Assembly: GCA_963696135.1 (NCBI GenBank)
Contig: CAVOJH010000019.1
Span: forward strand, 64,179 to 128,178
Length of the DNA stretch: 64,000 nt
Origin: an uncultured Actinomycetota bacterium
GTDB lineage: Bacteria; Actinomycetota; Actinomycetes; Propionibacteriales; Propionibacteriaceae
Reading direction: 5' to 3'
This document shows, piece by piece, positions 22,348-31,008 of the stretch. Under the pieces are notes generated by a model. The model was not told the DNA's origin. It saw only the letters and a list, made by a program, of their open reading frames with translations, and searched no databases. Position 1 is the first letter of the stretch. Each line of letters begins with the position of its first letter. A program made the position numbers and the translations under genes.

Positions 22348-23877
22348 ATGACCGAGTCGACTCAAGGTCGCGGCGAAGGCACGGACGACCTGGAAGGACC
22401 TGCCGACGGCGGGGCCGATGGCGTTCCCGGTATGCACGACGGCGGCGCGGACGGCGGGGCCGATGGTGGCGCAGACGGCGGAGCCGACAGCGGCGCTGAG
22501 GGACCGGCCGACGGCGGCGCCAGTGGCGCTGTCCGGTGTGCGCAGACGGCGGAGCCGATGGTGGCGCAGACGGCGGAGCCGATGGTGGCGCAGACGGCGG
22601 GGCCGATGGCGGCGCAGACGGCGGGGCCGATGGCGGCGCAGACGGAAGCGCCTAGCACCCTGCAGCCGGCGCTCGACCGCCTGATCGGGATCGGTGTCGA
22701 GGAGTTCGCCTGTGACTACTGGGGTCGGCAGGCACTGCTGACCCCGGCCGGAGCCGCCGTTGGCGGCTCCGGTTTCGGCGCCGGTTTCGGTGACCTCCTC
22801 GATGCCGACGCGGTCGACGAGCTGGTGTCCGAGCGCGGGCTGCGCACCCCCTTTCTCCGCGTCGCTCGGGACGGGACGACACTCGGCGACGCGACCTTCA
22901 CCGCCCCGGGTGGTGTCGGCGCGACGATCGCCGACCAGGTCAGTGACGACTCGCTGGTCCGGTTGTTCGCCGAGGGCGCGACGATGGTGCTGCAGGCGCT
23001 GCACCGGGTGTGGCCGCCAGTGGTGACCTTCTGTCAGCGGCTGGCCGCCGACCTCGGGCACCCGGTGCAGGCGAACGCCTACGTGACCCCGCCGCAGAAC
23101 CAGGGCTTCAGCAACCACTACGACGTCCACGACGTGTTCGTGCTGCAGATCTCTGGCGAGAAGCGCTGGGTCATCCACGAGCCCGTCCATCCGGCCCCGT
23201 TGCGTCATCAGCCCTGGACGGACCGGCGCCGATCGGTGGAGAAGCGTGCGGCGGAGGAACCGGTCATCGACACGGTGCTACGACCAGGTGACTCTCTCTA
23301 TCTCCCCCGCGGCTTCCTGCATGCGGCGACGGCCCTCGGCGGAGTGAGCACCCACCTCACCCTCGGGGTGCACAGCTGGACCCGGTACGGCCTGGCCGAG
23401 CAGCTCGTTCAGCTGGCCCTGCGCGCCGTCGCCGAGGACCCGGAAGCGCGGGCATCGCTTCCCGTCGGCGTCGACCTGTCCGATCCGAGTGACCTGGCCG
23501 AGGATCTGGAGGTGATCCGCGGACGCCTGATCGACGTGCTCCGCGATGCCGACGCCTCCGCTCTCGCCTCGGCTCTGGCGCCGCTGGCCCGCTCCGCCCA
23601 ACGGGCGGCACCGATCGGGCCGCTGCATCAGCTCCAGGCCGCCGACGAGCTCACCGATCGCACACCGGTGCTCGTGCGCCCCTACCTCGCGGGTTCCTTG
23701 AAGGACCGGACCGACGGCGGTCTGACCGTGTCGAGCCGCGCTGGTCAGGTCAGCATTCCCGCCGCCGAGCGTGAGGCGTTTCTGACCTGGTGGCAGTCCG
23801 GGCACGGTACGACGAGCGAGCTCGGTTCCGGTCTGACTCGGAAGCTGCTGCTGACCGGCTTGGCCGTCACCGGGTGA
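22348..23877 (+). CDS. JmjC/cupin-4 (ribosomal-oxygenase-like) Fe(II)/2OG oxygenase with repeat-rich N-terminus
   Basis: GAGGAGG lies 5-6 nt before the ATG at 22348. The cupin core is 'NAYVTPPQNQGFSNHYDVHDVFVLQISGEKRWVIHEP' with a distal His in 'VSTHLTLGV'. The first roughly 100 codons are Gly/Ala/Asp and AQTAEPMV repeats. The true start is uncertain because in-frame ATGs occur at 22557, 22581, 22605 and 22629. Confidence 0.7.
   Translation: MTESTQGRGEGTDDLEGPADGGADGVPGMHDGGADGGADGGADGGADSGAEGPADGGASGAVRCAQTAEPMVAQTAEPMVAQTAGPMAAQTAGPMAAQTEAPSTLQPALDRLIGIGVEEFACDYWGRQALLTPAGAAVGGSGFGAGFGDLLDADAVDELVSERGLRTPFLRVARDGTTLGDATFTAPGGVGATIADQVSDDSLVRLFAEGATMVLQALHRVWPPVVTFCQRLAADLGHPVQANAYVTPPQNQGFSNHYDVHDVFVLQISGEKRWVIHEPVHPAPLRHQPWTDRRRSVEKRAAEEPVIDTVLRPGDSLYLPRGFLHAATALGGVSTHLTLGVHSWTRYGLAEQLVQLALRAVAEDPEARASLPVGVDLSDPSDLAEDLEVIRGRLIDVLRDADASALASALAPLARSAQRAAPIGPLHQLQAADELTDRTPVLVRPYLAGSLKDRTDGGLTVSSRAGQVSIPAAEREAFLTWWQSGHGTTSELGSGLTRKLLLTGLAVTG
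22402..22648 (+). repeat. Tandem/dispersed 20-24-nt repeat array inside the oxygenase 5' region
   Basis: There are four contiguous 24-nt units, GCGCAGACGGCGG(A/G)GCCGATGG(T/C)G, at 22540-22635, and a partial fifth at 22636-22648. Degenerate copies lie at 22402-22423, 22447-22468 and 22469-22488. Confidence 0.9.
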
Positions 23878-24785
23878 CCTCGCCGAAGCCTCTCTGTGCG
23901 GACACGGCCCGCGATCGTGGTGACCCGCCGGTCGGTACCGCACCCGTCGCCGGGGCCTTCCTGCTGATCGAGCACCCCGGACCCTGGCGGTACGACGCGT
24001 TGGCTGGGGCTGGTTGGTCCGCCGAGGTCGTCGACGGGCTGACCGCGGCTCTGCGCCGCAGCCTCGGGCGGCTGCTGTTGATCCGTCGGCCCGGACGCCG
24101 CCCGGTCACCAGCACCCGTGCCTGGGCCGTGACCCGGGTCGGAGCCGGCACGGTCTGGGGCACGTGGGAGCAGGAGAGCGATTTGTTGGTCGCCGCATCG
24201 GCTCTCAGCACACCGGTGCCGGGTCCGCCCCGGCATGAGACGTCCACGGTGCCGGTCTCCAGGGAACCCGTGCTGCTGGTCTGCACCCACGGCCTGCACG
24301 ACACCTGCTGCGCGGTGCGAGGCCGCCCGGTGGCCAGCGCGCTCGCCAGTCGCTGGCCGGCCGCCACCTGGGAGTGCAGCCACGTCGGAGGTGACCGGTT
24401 CGCGGCCAACGTGGTGGTACTGCCCGACGGCACCTACTACGGCGGCCTCGATGCCGACTCGGCGACCGACGTGGTCGCCGGCCACCTCGACGGTCGGCTC
24501 GACCCGACCCACCTGCGTGGCTCCGTCCGCTGGCCGCCCGCCGCCCAGGTCGCCGTCGCGGAGGTCCACGCATCGCTCGGGCCGTACGCCGCCGACGACG
24601 TCCGGGCGGAGCACTGGATCAACGAGGGACCCGGACGGTGGCGCGTCGACGTTGCGCTTCCACCCGGGCGGCACGTGACCGTCGTGGTGGCCGGTGAGAG
24701 ACGGCCCGCCGCCCACCTGACGTGCGCCGCCACCCGGGCCACGTCGGCGATCGGCTTCCGGGTGATGTCGATCGAAAACCGGTGA
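23874..24785 (+). CDS. Sucrase/ferredoxin-like (thioredoxin-fold, putative Fe-S) family protein
   Basis: The GTG at 23874 overlaps the upstream TGA (GTGA). Motifs 'LVCTHGLHDTCCAVRGRP' and 'CSHVGGDRFAANVVVLPDGTYYG' match the Suc_Fer-like signature as I recall it. Confidence 0.75.
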   Translation: MTSPKPLCADTARDRGDPPVGTAPVAGAFLLIEHPGPWRYDALAGAGWSAEVVDGLTAALRRSLGRLLLIRRPGRRPVTSTRAWAVTRVGAGTVWGTWEQESDLLVAASALSTPVPGPPRHETSTVPVSREPVLLVCTHGLHDTCCAVRGRPVASALASRWPAATWECSHVGGDRFAANVVVLPDGTYYGGLDADSATDVVAGHLDGRLDPTHLRGSVRWPPAAQVAVAEVHASLGPYAADDVRAEHWINEGPGRWRVDVALPPGRHVTVVVAGERRPAAHLTCAATRATSAIGFRVMSIENR

Positions 24786-25146
24786 TTCGGCCGGTGCAGG
24801 TCACAATTCCATAACGACCCTGCGGTGCCCGGAACTCGGCTCGATCGGCACGCCGGCCACCGTGAGCAACACTTCCACGCTCGGCAACGCCAAGATGGGC
24901 CTGCCGGCCGCGCGGAGCCTGTCCCCAGCGCATCCGCGAAATTATTGTGTGTCGAGGTAGAAATACCGAAGTCATGGCGCCGATCGACCCGGCGTGTGGC
25001 AGAGTTAGCCGCGGTTGCCTTGTGCCGGGAGCACAGCAGCCACCAGACCGAGGACGCACCGGCTTCCACAGCCGGCCTATCGTCAACGACACGCGGGTTC
25101 GGGTGCCCAGGCGCATCCAGGGGAGAAGTGGAATGAGGACGGGGCA

Positions 25147-26457
25147 ATGAAGCGATTGTTGACCACGCTGGTCACCGCAGTGTGTGGTGCGGCACTGATG
25201 GGCGCGTTCCTGGTGCCGACAGCGGACGCGGCGCCGTATACGCCGAAGACCGGGGTGGTGTTCAACAACGCGGCCGGCAACAAGACCGCCGAGCGACGCG
25301 CCCAGGCCGTCCTCGACAAGACGATCAGTGCCGTCCCTGGCTGCCCGGCGGGCAAGGCGGGCTGCCAGACGATCACCATGGCGATGTACCTGTTCAGCCA
25401 GAAGTCGACGGCCGACCGGCTGATCGCGGCGCACAGGCGCGGCGTCAACGTGCACTTCCTGATCGACAACGGTGCCGAGGGCCACGAGCTGAGCCGTCTG
25501 CGGAAGGCGTTCGGCACCAGCAAGGCGCGGCGCAGCTACGTGGTCAAGTGCAACCGCGGCGGCTGCATGTCGGACTACCCGTACGCCACCATCCACGTGA
25601 AGTACTACCTCTTCTCCCAGGTGGGCGCGGCCAAGAACGTGTCGCTGATCAGCTCGGCCAACCCCCACCGGGTGAACATCTACAACAGCTTCAACAACAC
25701 CCACACGATCGTCGAGGGCAGCAAGCCGATCCTCTACAACCGGCTGATGAAGTACTTCAGCGACATGACCCTGAACCGGCAGAACCACGCCTACGGGAAC
25801 GGGAAGAACACCACGAACGGTCCGTTCACGATCTACATCTACCCGCAGCGGTCGTCGAGGAACGTGCAGTACCTGGACGTCCTCAACACCGTGAAGTGCT
25901 CGACCACGCTGGGCAGCAACCGGCGCACGGTCGTGCGGATGAACATGTGGGGCTTCACGAACCCGCGGATGGACGTGGCCAAGAAGCTGTGGTCACTGCA
26001 CAACGCCGGCTGCAAGGTCGACGTCACCCTCAACCGTGGTCGCGCGAGCCGCACGATCATGCGTCAGCTGCTGACCAAGAGCTCGCGGTACGGCCAGATG
26101 GTCGTCGAGGACGCGTGGAAGGACAAGAACCGCAACGACTACGGGGAGCAGTACACCCACCACAAGGCCATGATCATCAACGGCTACGTGCAGGGCAAGA
26201 ACCAGCGGGTCGTCTGGACCGGCTCCCAGAACCTGACCAGCAACGGGTCGCTCTACAACGACGACATGATCCTGCGGGTGGTCGGCACCGGTTACTACAA
26301 CATCTACAGCAGCAACTTCAGCTACATCCAGAAGAAGTCGAAGCGGCTGCGCAAGACCCCGCCGCCGATCGTGCTGAAGAGCAAGCGGCAGGACGCCCGT
26401 ACGCTCACGCCCGAGCAGAACGTCGAGCGTCAGGCCGAGCTCAACGAAGGCGGCTAG
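25147..26457 (+). CDS. Secreted phospholipase D-superfamily protein (two HKD-like motifs)
   Basis: Signal peptide 'MKRLLTTLVTAVCGAALMGAFLVPTADA'. Motif 1 is 'HVKYYLFS...ISSANP' and motif 2 is 'HHKAMIIN...TGSQNLTSNG'. The upstream part of ORF 25015-26457 is rejected. Confidence 0.75.
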   Translation: MKRLLTTLVTAVCGAALMGAFLVPTADAAPYTPKTGVVFNNAAGNKTAERRAQAVLDKTISAVPGCPAGKAGCQTITMAMYLFSQKSTADRLIAAHRRGVNVHFLIDNGAEGHELSRLRKAFGTSKARRSYVVKCNRGGCMSDYPYATIHVKYYLFSQVGAAKNVSLISSANPHRVNIYNSFNNTHTIVEGSKPILYNRLMKYFSDMTLNRQNHAYGNGKNTTNGPFTIYIYPQRSSRNVQYLDVLNTVKCSTTLGSNRRTVVRMNMWGFTNPRMDVAKKLWSLHNAGCKVDVTLNRGRASRTIMRQLLTKSSRYGQMVVEDAWKDKNRNDYGEQYTHHKAMIINGYVQGKNQRVVWTGSQNLTSNGSLYNDDMILRVVGTGYYNIYSSNFSYIQKKSKRLRKTPPPIVLKSKRQDARTLTPEQNVERQAELNEGG

Positions 26458-26480
26458 GCGGTAAGCCTCACCCCCACCTG

Positions 26481-26519
26481 ACGACGCCCGGTGACCCCTC
26501 GTGGGTCATCGGGCGTCGT
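26481..26519 (+). terminator. Strong hairpin terminator after the PLD-like gene
   Basis: ACGACGCCCG-G-TGACCC-ctcgt-GGGTCA-T-CGGGCGTCGT gives about 17 paired positions. It starts 24 nt after the stop and is followed by a T-containing tract (ACGTTGTCGTGTCGT). Confidence 0.7.
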
Positions 26520-26594
26520 ACGTTGTCGTGTCGTACGTGATGACCGACCGGTTCGGTGGCCGACGTGGGAATCGTCGGTGTGTTTGAATACATC

Positions 26595-27623
26595 ATGCGA
26601 TGGGACGAGCAACGCCTGGCAGCCGCCGACGAGAGCGCACCCGGCCTGCCCGGGATCCCGACCCTCTCGACCCTGGTCCGCTCGGTGGAGACGCCGGAGT
26701 TCGCCGGCCTCACCTTCCACGAGGTGCTCGCCCGATCCGCCCTCAACAAGGTCCCCGGTGCCGCACGGGTCCCCTTCGAGTGGACGGTCAACCCGTATCG
26801 CGGCTGCAGCCACGCGTGCACCTACTGCTTCGCCCGGCGCACGCACAGCTACCTCGAGCTCGACACCGGCACCGACTTCGACACCCAGATCGTGGTCAAG
26901 GTCAACGTGGTGACCGTGCTCCGCCGCGAGCTGGCGCGCCCGTCGTGGCGACGGGATCCGGTGGCACTGGGCACCAACACCGATCCCTACCAACGGGCCG
27001 AGGGCCGCTATCGGCTGATGCCTGGCATCGCCCGGGCACTGGCCGAGTCCGGCACCCCGTTCTCGATCCTGACCAAGGGCACCACGATGCGTCGCGACCT
27101 GCCGCTGCTGACCGAGCTGGCTGCCGACGTCCCCATCGGCACGGGTGTCTCGCTGGCTCTCGCCGACGAGACCCTGCACCACGCCCTCGAGCCCGGTACG
27201 CCGACTCCGCGCGCCCGACTCGCCCTGATCCGCGCGATCGCCGAGGCCGGACTCCCCTGCCAGGTCCTGGTCGCCCCGGTGCTGCCGATGATCACCGACG
27301 ACGACGAGCACCTGGACCGGCTGTTCGGGCTGATCGCCGCCGCCGGGGCCACCAGCGCCACCGCGTTCGCCCTCCACCTGCGTCCCGGTGCTCGGGAGTG
27401 GTTCTGGGCGTACCTGGCCCGGGAGCACCCGACCCTGCTCGGCGCCTACGACGAGCTCTACGCCGGCGGTGCCTACGTGCTGCGGTCCTACGCGTCCGAT
27501 CTCGCTCGCCGAGTCGCACCCCTGTTGCGTCGCCATGGGCTGGACCACCCGGCGGCGGGTCGCTCCACCCCGCGACGATCCTCCCCACCGGTCGCGTCCA
27601 CGAGCGAGCCGACGCTCTTCTGA
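26595..27623 (+). CDS. Radical SAM protein (Rv2578c/SplB-like family)
   Basis: CxxxCxxC cluster 'YRGCSHACTYCFAR', plus 'GTNTDPYQ' and 'ILTKG' motifs. The ATG at 26595 ('MRWDEQRL') is preferred over the ORF-track start at 26556. Confidence 0.8.
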   Translation: MRWDEQRLAAADESAPGLPGIPTLSTLVRSVETPEFAGLTFHEVLARSALNKVPGAARVPFEWTVNPYRGCSHACTYCFARRTHSYLELDTGTDFDTQIVVKVNVVTVLRRELARPSWRRDPVALGTNTDPYQRAEGRYRLMPGIARALAESGTPFSILTKGTTMRRDLPLLTELAADVPIGTGVSLALADETLHHALEPGTPTPRARLALIRAIAEAGLPCQVLVAPVLPMITDDDEHLDRLFGLIAAAGATSATAFALHLRPGAREWFWAYLAREHPTLLGAYDELYAGGAYVLRSYASDLARRVAPLLRRHGLDHPAAGRSTPRRSSPPVASTSEPTLF

Positions 27624-27761
27624 CGGATCGCGGGGACGGTCGTGCCGCGACGCCGGTATCTGACAGTGCCCGGACGCCTCTTCGGCACATGAGAACCGCC
27701 GATCATCGACCGCCCGCAGGTCGGCCAGGAATCGCGGTCGAGACCCCTCGGGGTTGACGAG

Positions 27762-28433
27762 ATGACCACCGTGATGATCGCGGATCTCGACCCTCTGGTG
27801 GCCAGAGGCATCGCGCTGCTGATCGGCACGGAACCCGACATCGAGGTCATGGGCACCTACGACAGCGGCGACGACGCCGTCGTCCAGGCTCACCGACAAC
27901 GTTGCGATGTCGTGGTCATGGACGTCCGGCTCGCTGATCTCGACGGCTGCGCCGCGGCACGTCGCCTCACCGATCCCCGCGGTCAGGTTCCACCACCCCG
28001 CCTCGTGCTGGTGTCGTCGCTGGACCACCAGGACGACGACATGGTGATCCGGGCCCTGATCGCGGGAGCGTCCGGGTACGTCCGCCGGCGCGCCGCCGTG
28101 ACCGATCTGGTGTCAGCCATCCGGCACGTCGCCCTCGGGCACGCCTGGCTCGACCCGCACGTCGCCGGCGCCGTGATCGGCGCCCTGTCGAGCAGTCCCC
28201 AGCCCCTCCGAGTCGTCTCCCAGCGCTACGACCGCCTCACGCCGCGCGAGCTCGAGGTGCTTCTGCTGATGGCCGACGGGCTCTCCAACGCCGAGATCGG
28301 TACCCGACTCGTGGTCAGCGAGGGCACCGTGAAGACGCACGTCTCCCGGGTGCTGATGAAGCTCGCCGCCCGGGACCGGGCACAGGTGATCGCTCTCGCT
28401 TACCGCTCGGGTTGGGTCCGGCTCGCGTCCTGA
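27762..28433 (+). CDS. Orphan LuxR-family response regulator with atypical receiver domain
   Basis: The receiver has 'MIADLDPLV' (second acidic-pocket Asp replaced by Leu), 'VVMDVRLADLDG', and 'GASGYVRRR' (Arg at the position of the conserved Lys). The LuxR HTH 'LTPRELEVLLLMADGLSNAEIGTRLVVSEGTVKTHV' is intact. No kinase is adjacent. Confidence 0.8.
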   Translation: MTTVMIADLDPLVARGIALLIGTEPDIEVMGTYDSGDDAVVQAHRQRCDVVVMDVRLADLDGCAAARRLTDPRGQVPPPRLVLVSSLDHQDDDMVIRALIAGASGYVRRRAAVTDLVSAIRHVALGHAWLDPHVAGAVIGALSSSPQPLRVVSQRYDRLTPRELEVLLLMADGLSNAEIGTRLVVSEGTVKTHVSRVLMKLAARDRAQVIALAYRSGWVRLAS

Positions 28434-28567
28434 CGCCGCCCGGCGGCCCATCTACGACTCGAGACAGACCCGCTAGATCAGCCCGGAGCCAGACGACTCC
28501 GGGGCCTGCGGACCACCACCCTGGAAACAGACCCGGACAGGCCGGGATCCCTTACCAGGAGGACAAC

Positions 28568-29041
28568 ATGTCCACATCAACGACCAGCCAGGCCCGCAGG
28601 ATCGTCCTCGGAAGCCTGGCCGCCGCTGCGGTCGCCGTACCACTGGCGCTCGCCCCGACCCAGGCCGAGGCCGCCACCCTCAACGGGTGCACGGTCACCC
28701 CCCTGACGCCGTCGGTCGTGACGGTCTCCGGCAACCGCCGGATCCTCTACCAGACGCGCGTCACCTGCGCCGCGAACCGGATCGTCCAGATCCGCGACTA
28801 CCGCTACGAGTCGGACGCTCCGGCGGGGATCGGTGGCGACGACTACCTCGGTGGCGTGGTGCACCTGCGCACTTTCGCGGCCGGCGGGACCGTCACGCTG
28901 GCCTCTCTCGGCACCCTGCCCAACACCGAAGCCGGCAACGAAGAGGTCTACCACCGCACCAGCTTCCGGGTGTCCACCATCAACGGAGTCACCGGTTGGA
29001 CGGGCTACCAGAACTCCGGCCTGCGTGGGGTGGTCAGCTGA
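28568..29041 (+). CDS. Hypothetical small secreted protein (157 aa)
   Basis: AGGAGG lies 6 nt before the ATG at 28568. The signal peptide has an RR motif ('SQARRIVLGSLAAAAVAVPLALAPTQAEA'). The mature part has two Cys and a beta-rich composition. I recognise no family. Confidence 0.6.
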   Translation: MSTSTTSQARRIVLGSLAAAAVAVPLALAPTQAEAATLNGCTVTPLTPSVVTVSGNRRILYQTRVTCAANRIVQIRDYRYESDAPAGIGGDDYLGGVVHLRTFAAGGTVTLASLGTLPNTEAGNEEVYHRTSFRVSTINGVTGWTGYQNSGLRGVVS

Positions 29042-29055
29042 CCGGACGTCCGGTG

Positions 29056-31008
29056 TCAGGCCGGGACCGGCTCGACGACGAAGAGGGGATCACCCAGTCG
29101 AGTCCGGTCACCCGGCCTGGCCAAGACGTCGGTCACGATGCCGTCGAAGGGGGCTCGGACCGCCACCTCCATCTTCATGGCCTCCACGATCCCCAGCACC
29201 TGATCGGCGACGACCGCCTCGCCGGGACCGACCCGGACCTCCACGACCACGCTGGGCATCGGGGAGGCGACCGTCCCGTCTCCGGTGGCCGGCCCCTGGT
29301 CGGCGAAGACGTCGGGACGAGCGAAGACGAACCGCTGCCCCCGATGGGAGATCTCGACCGTGTGACCCGCGTCCAGCAGCACCGCTTCCGTCTCGTGGCC
29401 GTCCAGGGTGAGGCGTGTCCCGGAGGTGCCGGCTGACTCCGCAACCATCGACCACTCACCGTCCGGGCCGACCACACGACCCGACACCAGGTCCACGCTG
29501 AGCACCTGATCGAGCTGGACGAGCATCGGTGCCGCGGGAGCAGCGAGGCGCCAGCCGTCGGCCCCGAACGGCTCGCCCGCATCCATACGGTGAACGGGGC
29601 GGGCCAGGAGCCAGGCGGCCAGGATCCGGGCCTCGGTGGGCGGCGGTGGCACCAGGTCGCGGCGATCCAACCACGCCACGTCGATCGCGGTGCCTGCGAA
29701 CTCATCGCCGGCCGCGATCGCGCGCAGGAACCCGACGTTGGTGGTCAGACCGAGGATCGCCGTCCGGTCCAGCGCCGCGACGAGGCGCCGCCGGGCCGTG
29801 TCCCGGTCCGGCCCGGAGGCGATGATCTTGCCGAGCATCGGGTCGTACGCCGTGGTCACCTCCTGACCGCTCTCCAGCGCCTGATCAACCCGGATTCCCG
29901 GTCCTTCCGGCCAACGCACGAGTGCCGCCGTGCCCGCCTGCGGAAGAAAGCCGGCGTACGGGTCCTCGGCGTAGACGCGCGCTTCGATCGCGTGCCCGAA
30001 CGGGCCCAGCTCGGCCGCGTCGATGACGAGCCGCTGGCCGGCGGCGACCCGCAGCTGCAGCTCGACCAGATCGAGCCCGCCACAGATCGCCTCCGTGACA
30101 GGGTGCTCGACCTGGAGGCGGGTGTTCATCTCGAGGAAGTAGAAGGCGTCGCTGTCGTCGTCCAGCAGGAACTCGACGGTGCCGGCGTTGACGTAGTCGA
30201 CCGCGGACGCCAGCGTGACCGCCGCCTCGATGATCTTCGTTCGGGTCGCCGGCTCGAGGGTGGGCGCCGGAGCCTCCTCGATCACCTTCTGGTGTCGCCG
30301 TTGCACGGAGCAGTCTCGCTCGTGCAGGGGCAGCACCCGACCGTGGACGTCGGCGATGATCTGCACCTCGATGTGGCGGCCCCGCTCGACGTAGGTCTCG
30401 ATCAGCAGCGTGTCGTCGCCGAAAGCCGCCGCCGCTTCGCGTCGGGCCGCGGCGATCGCGTCGGCGAGCTCGTCGGGCCGCCGGACGATCCTCATCCCCT
30501 TGCCGCCGCCGCCGGCCGCTGCCTTCACCAGCACCGGGAAGATCATCTCGGCCGCCGGGGTGTCGAGGTCGTACGCGGGCACCACCGGGACCCCCGCCCG
30601 GACAGCGATCCCCCGGGCCGCGTCCTTGCGGCCCATCTGCTCCATCACCCTCGAGGACGGCCCGACCAGGACGAGGCCGGCGTCCTCGACGGCGCGGGCG
30701 AACGCGGCTCGCTCGGACAGGAAGCCGTAGCCAGGATGGATCGCGGCGACCCCGGCCGCCAGGGCGGCGGAGACGATGCCCTCGATGTCGAGGTAGTCGG
30801 CCACCCGGATCGCGTGATCAGCCGCCCGGACGTGGGGAGCGGAGGCATCGGTGTCACTGAAGATCGCCACGCCACGGATCCCCAGCCGCCGACAGGTGCG
30901 CAGCACCCGGACGGCGATCTCGCCACGGTTGGCGACCAGCACCGAGGTGATCGCCCCCGTCCCTTCGACCTCGATGCCGGAGGAGGCACTCGCCGACTCC
31001 ATGATCAC
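29056..31008 (-). CDS. Acyl-CoA carboxylase alpha subunit (biotin carboxylase + BCCP; methylcrotonyl-CoA carboxylase-like)
   Basis: Biotin carboxylase N-terminus '[22 protein letters not shown]', an ATP-grasp domain, and the C-terminal biotinylation motif 'IVEAMKMEV'. The GTG start overlaps the upstream stop (GTGA). Confidence 0.85.
   Translation of the reverse strand: MIMESASASSGIEVEGTGAITSVLVANRGEIAVRVLRTCRRLGIRGVAIFSDTDASAPHVRAADHAIRVADYLDIEGIVSAALAAGVAAIHPGYGFLSERAAFARAVEDAGLVLVGPSSRVMEQMGRKDAARGIAVRAGVPVVPAYDLDTPAAEMIFPVLVKAAAGGGGKGMRIVRRPDELADAIAAARREAAAAFGDDTLLIETYVERGRHIEVQIIADVHGRVLPLHERDCSVQRRHQKVIEEAPAPTLEPATRTKIIEAAVTLASAVDYVNAGTVEFLLDDDSDAFYFLEMNTRLQVEHPVTEAICGGLDLVELQLRVAAGQRLVIDAAELGPFGHAIEARVYAEDPYAGFLPQAGTAALVRWPEGPGIRVDQALESGQEVTTAYDPMLGKIIASGPDRDTARRRLVAALDRTAILGLTTNVGFLRAIAAGDEFAGTAIDVAWLDRRDLVPPPPTEARILAAWLLARPVHRMDAGEPFGADGWRLAAPAAPMLVQLDQVLSVDLVSGRVVGPDGEWSMVAESAGTSGTRLTLDGHETEAVLLDAGHTVEISHRGQRFVFARPDVFADQGPATGDGTVASPMPSVVVEVRVGPGEAVVADQVLGIVEAMKMEVAVRAPFDGIVTDVLARPGDRTRLGDPLFVVEPVPA

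Noticed and set aside
22540-22648. Regularly spaced 24-nt direct repeats (CRISPR?)
   Set aside because: The repeats are contiguous with no spacers, lie inside an ORF and have no cas genes nearby. They form a coding tandem repeat, not a CRISPR array.
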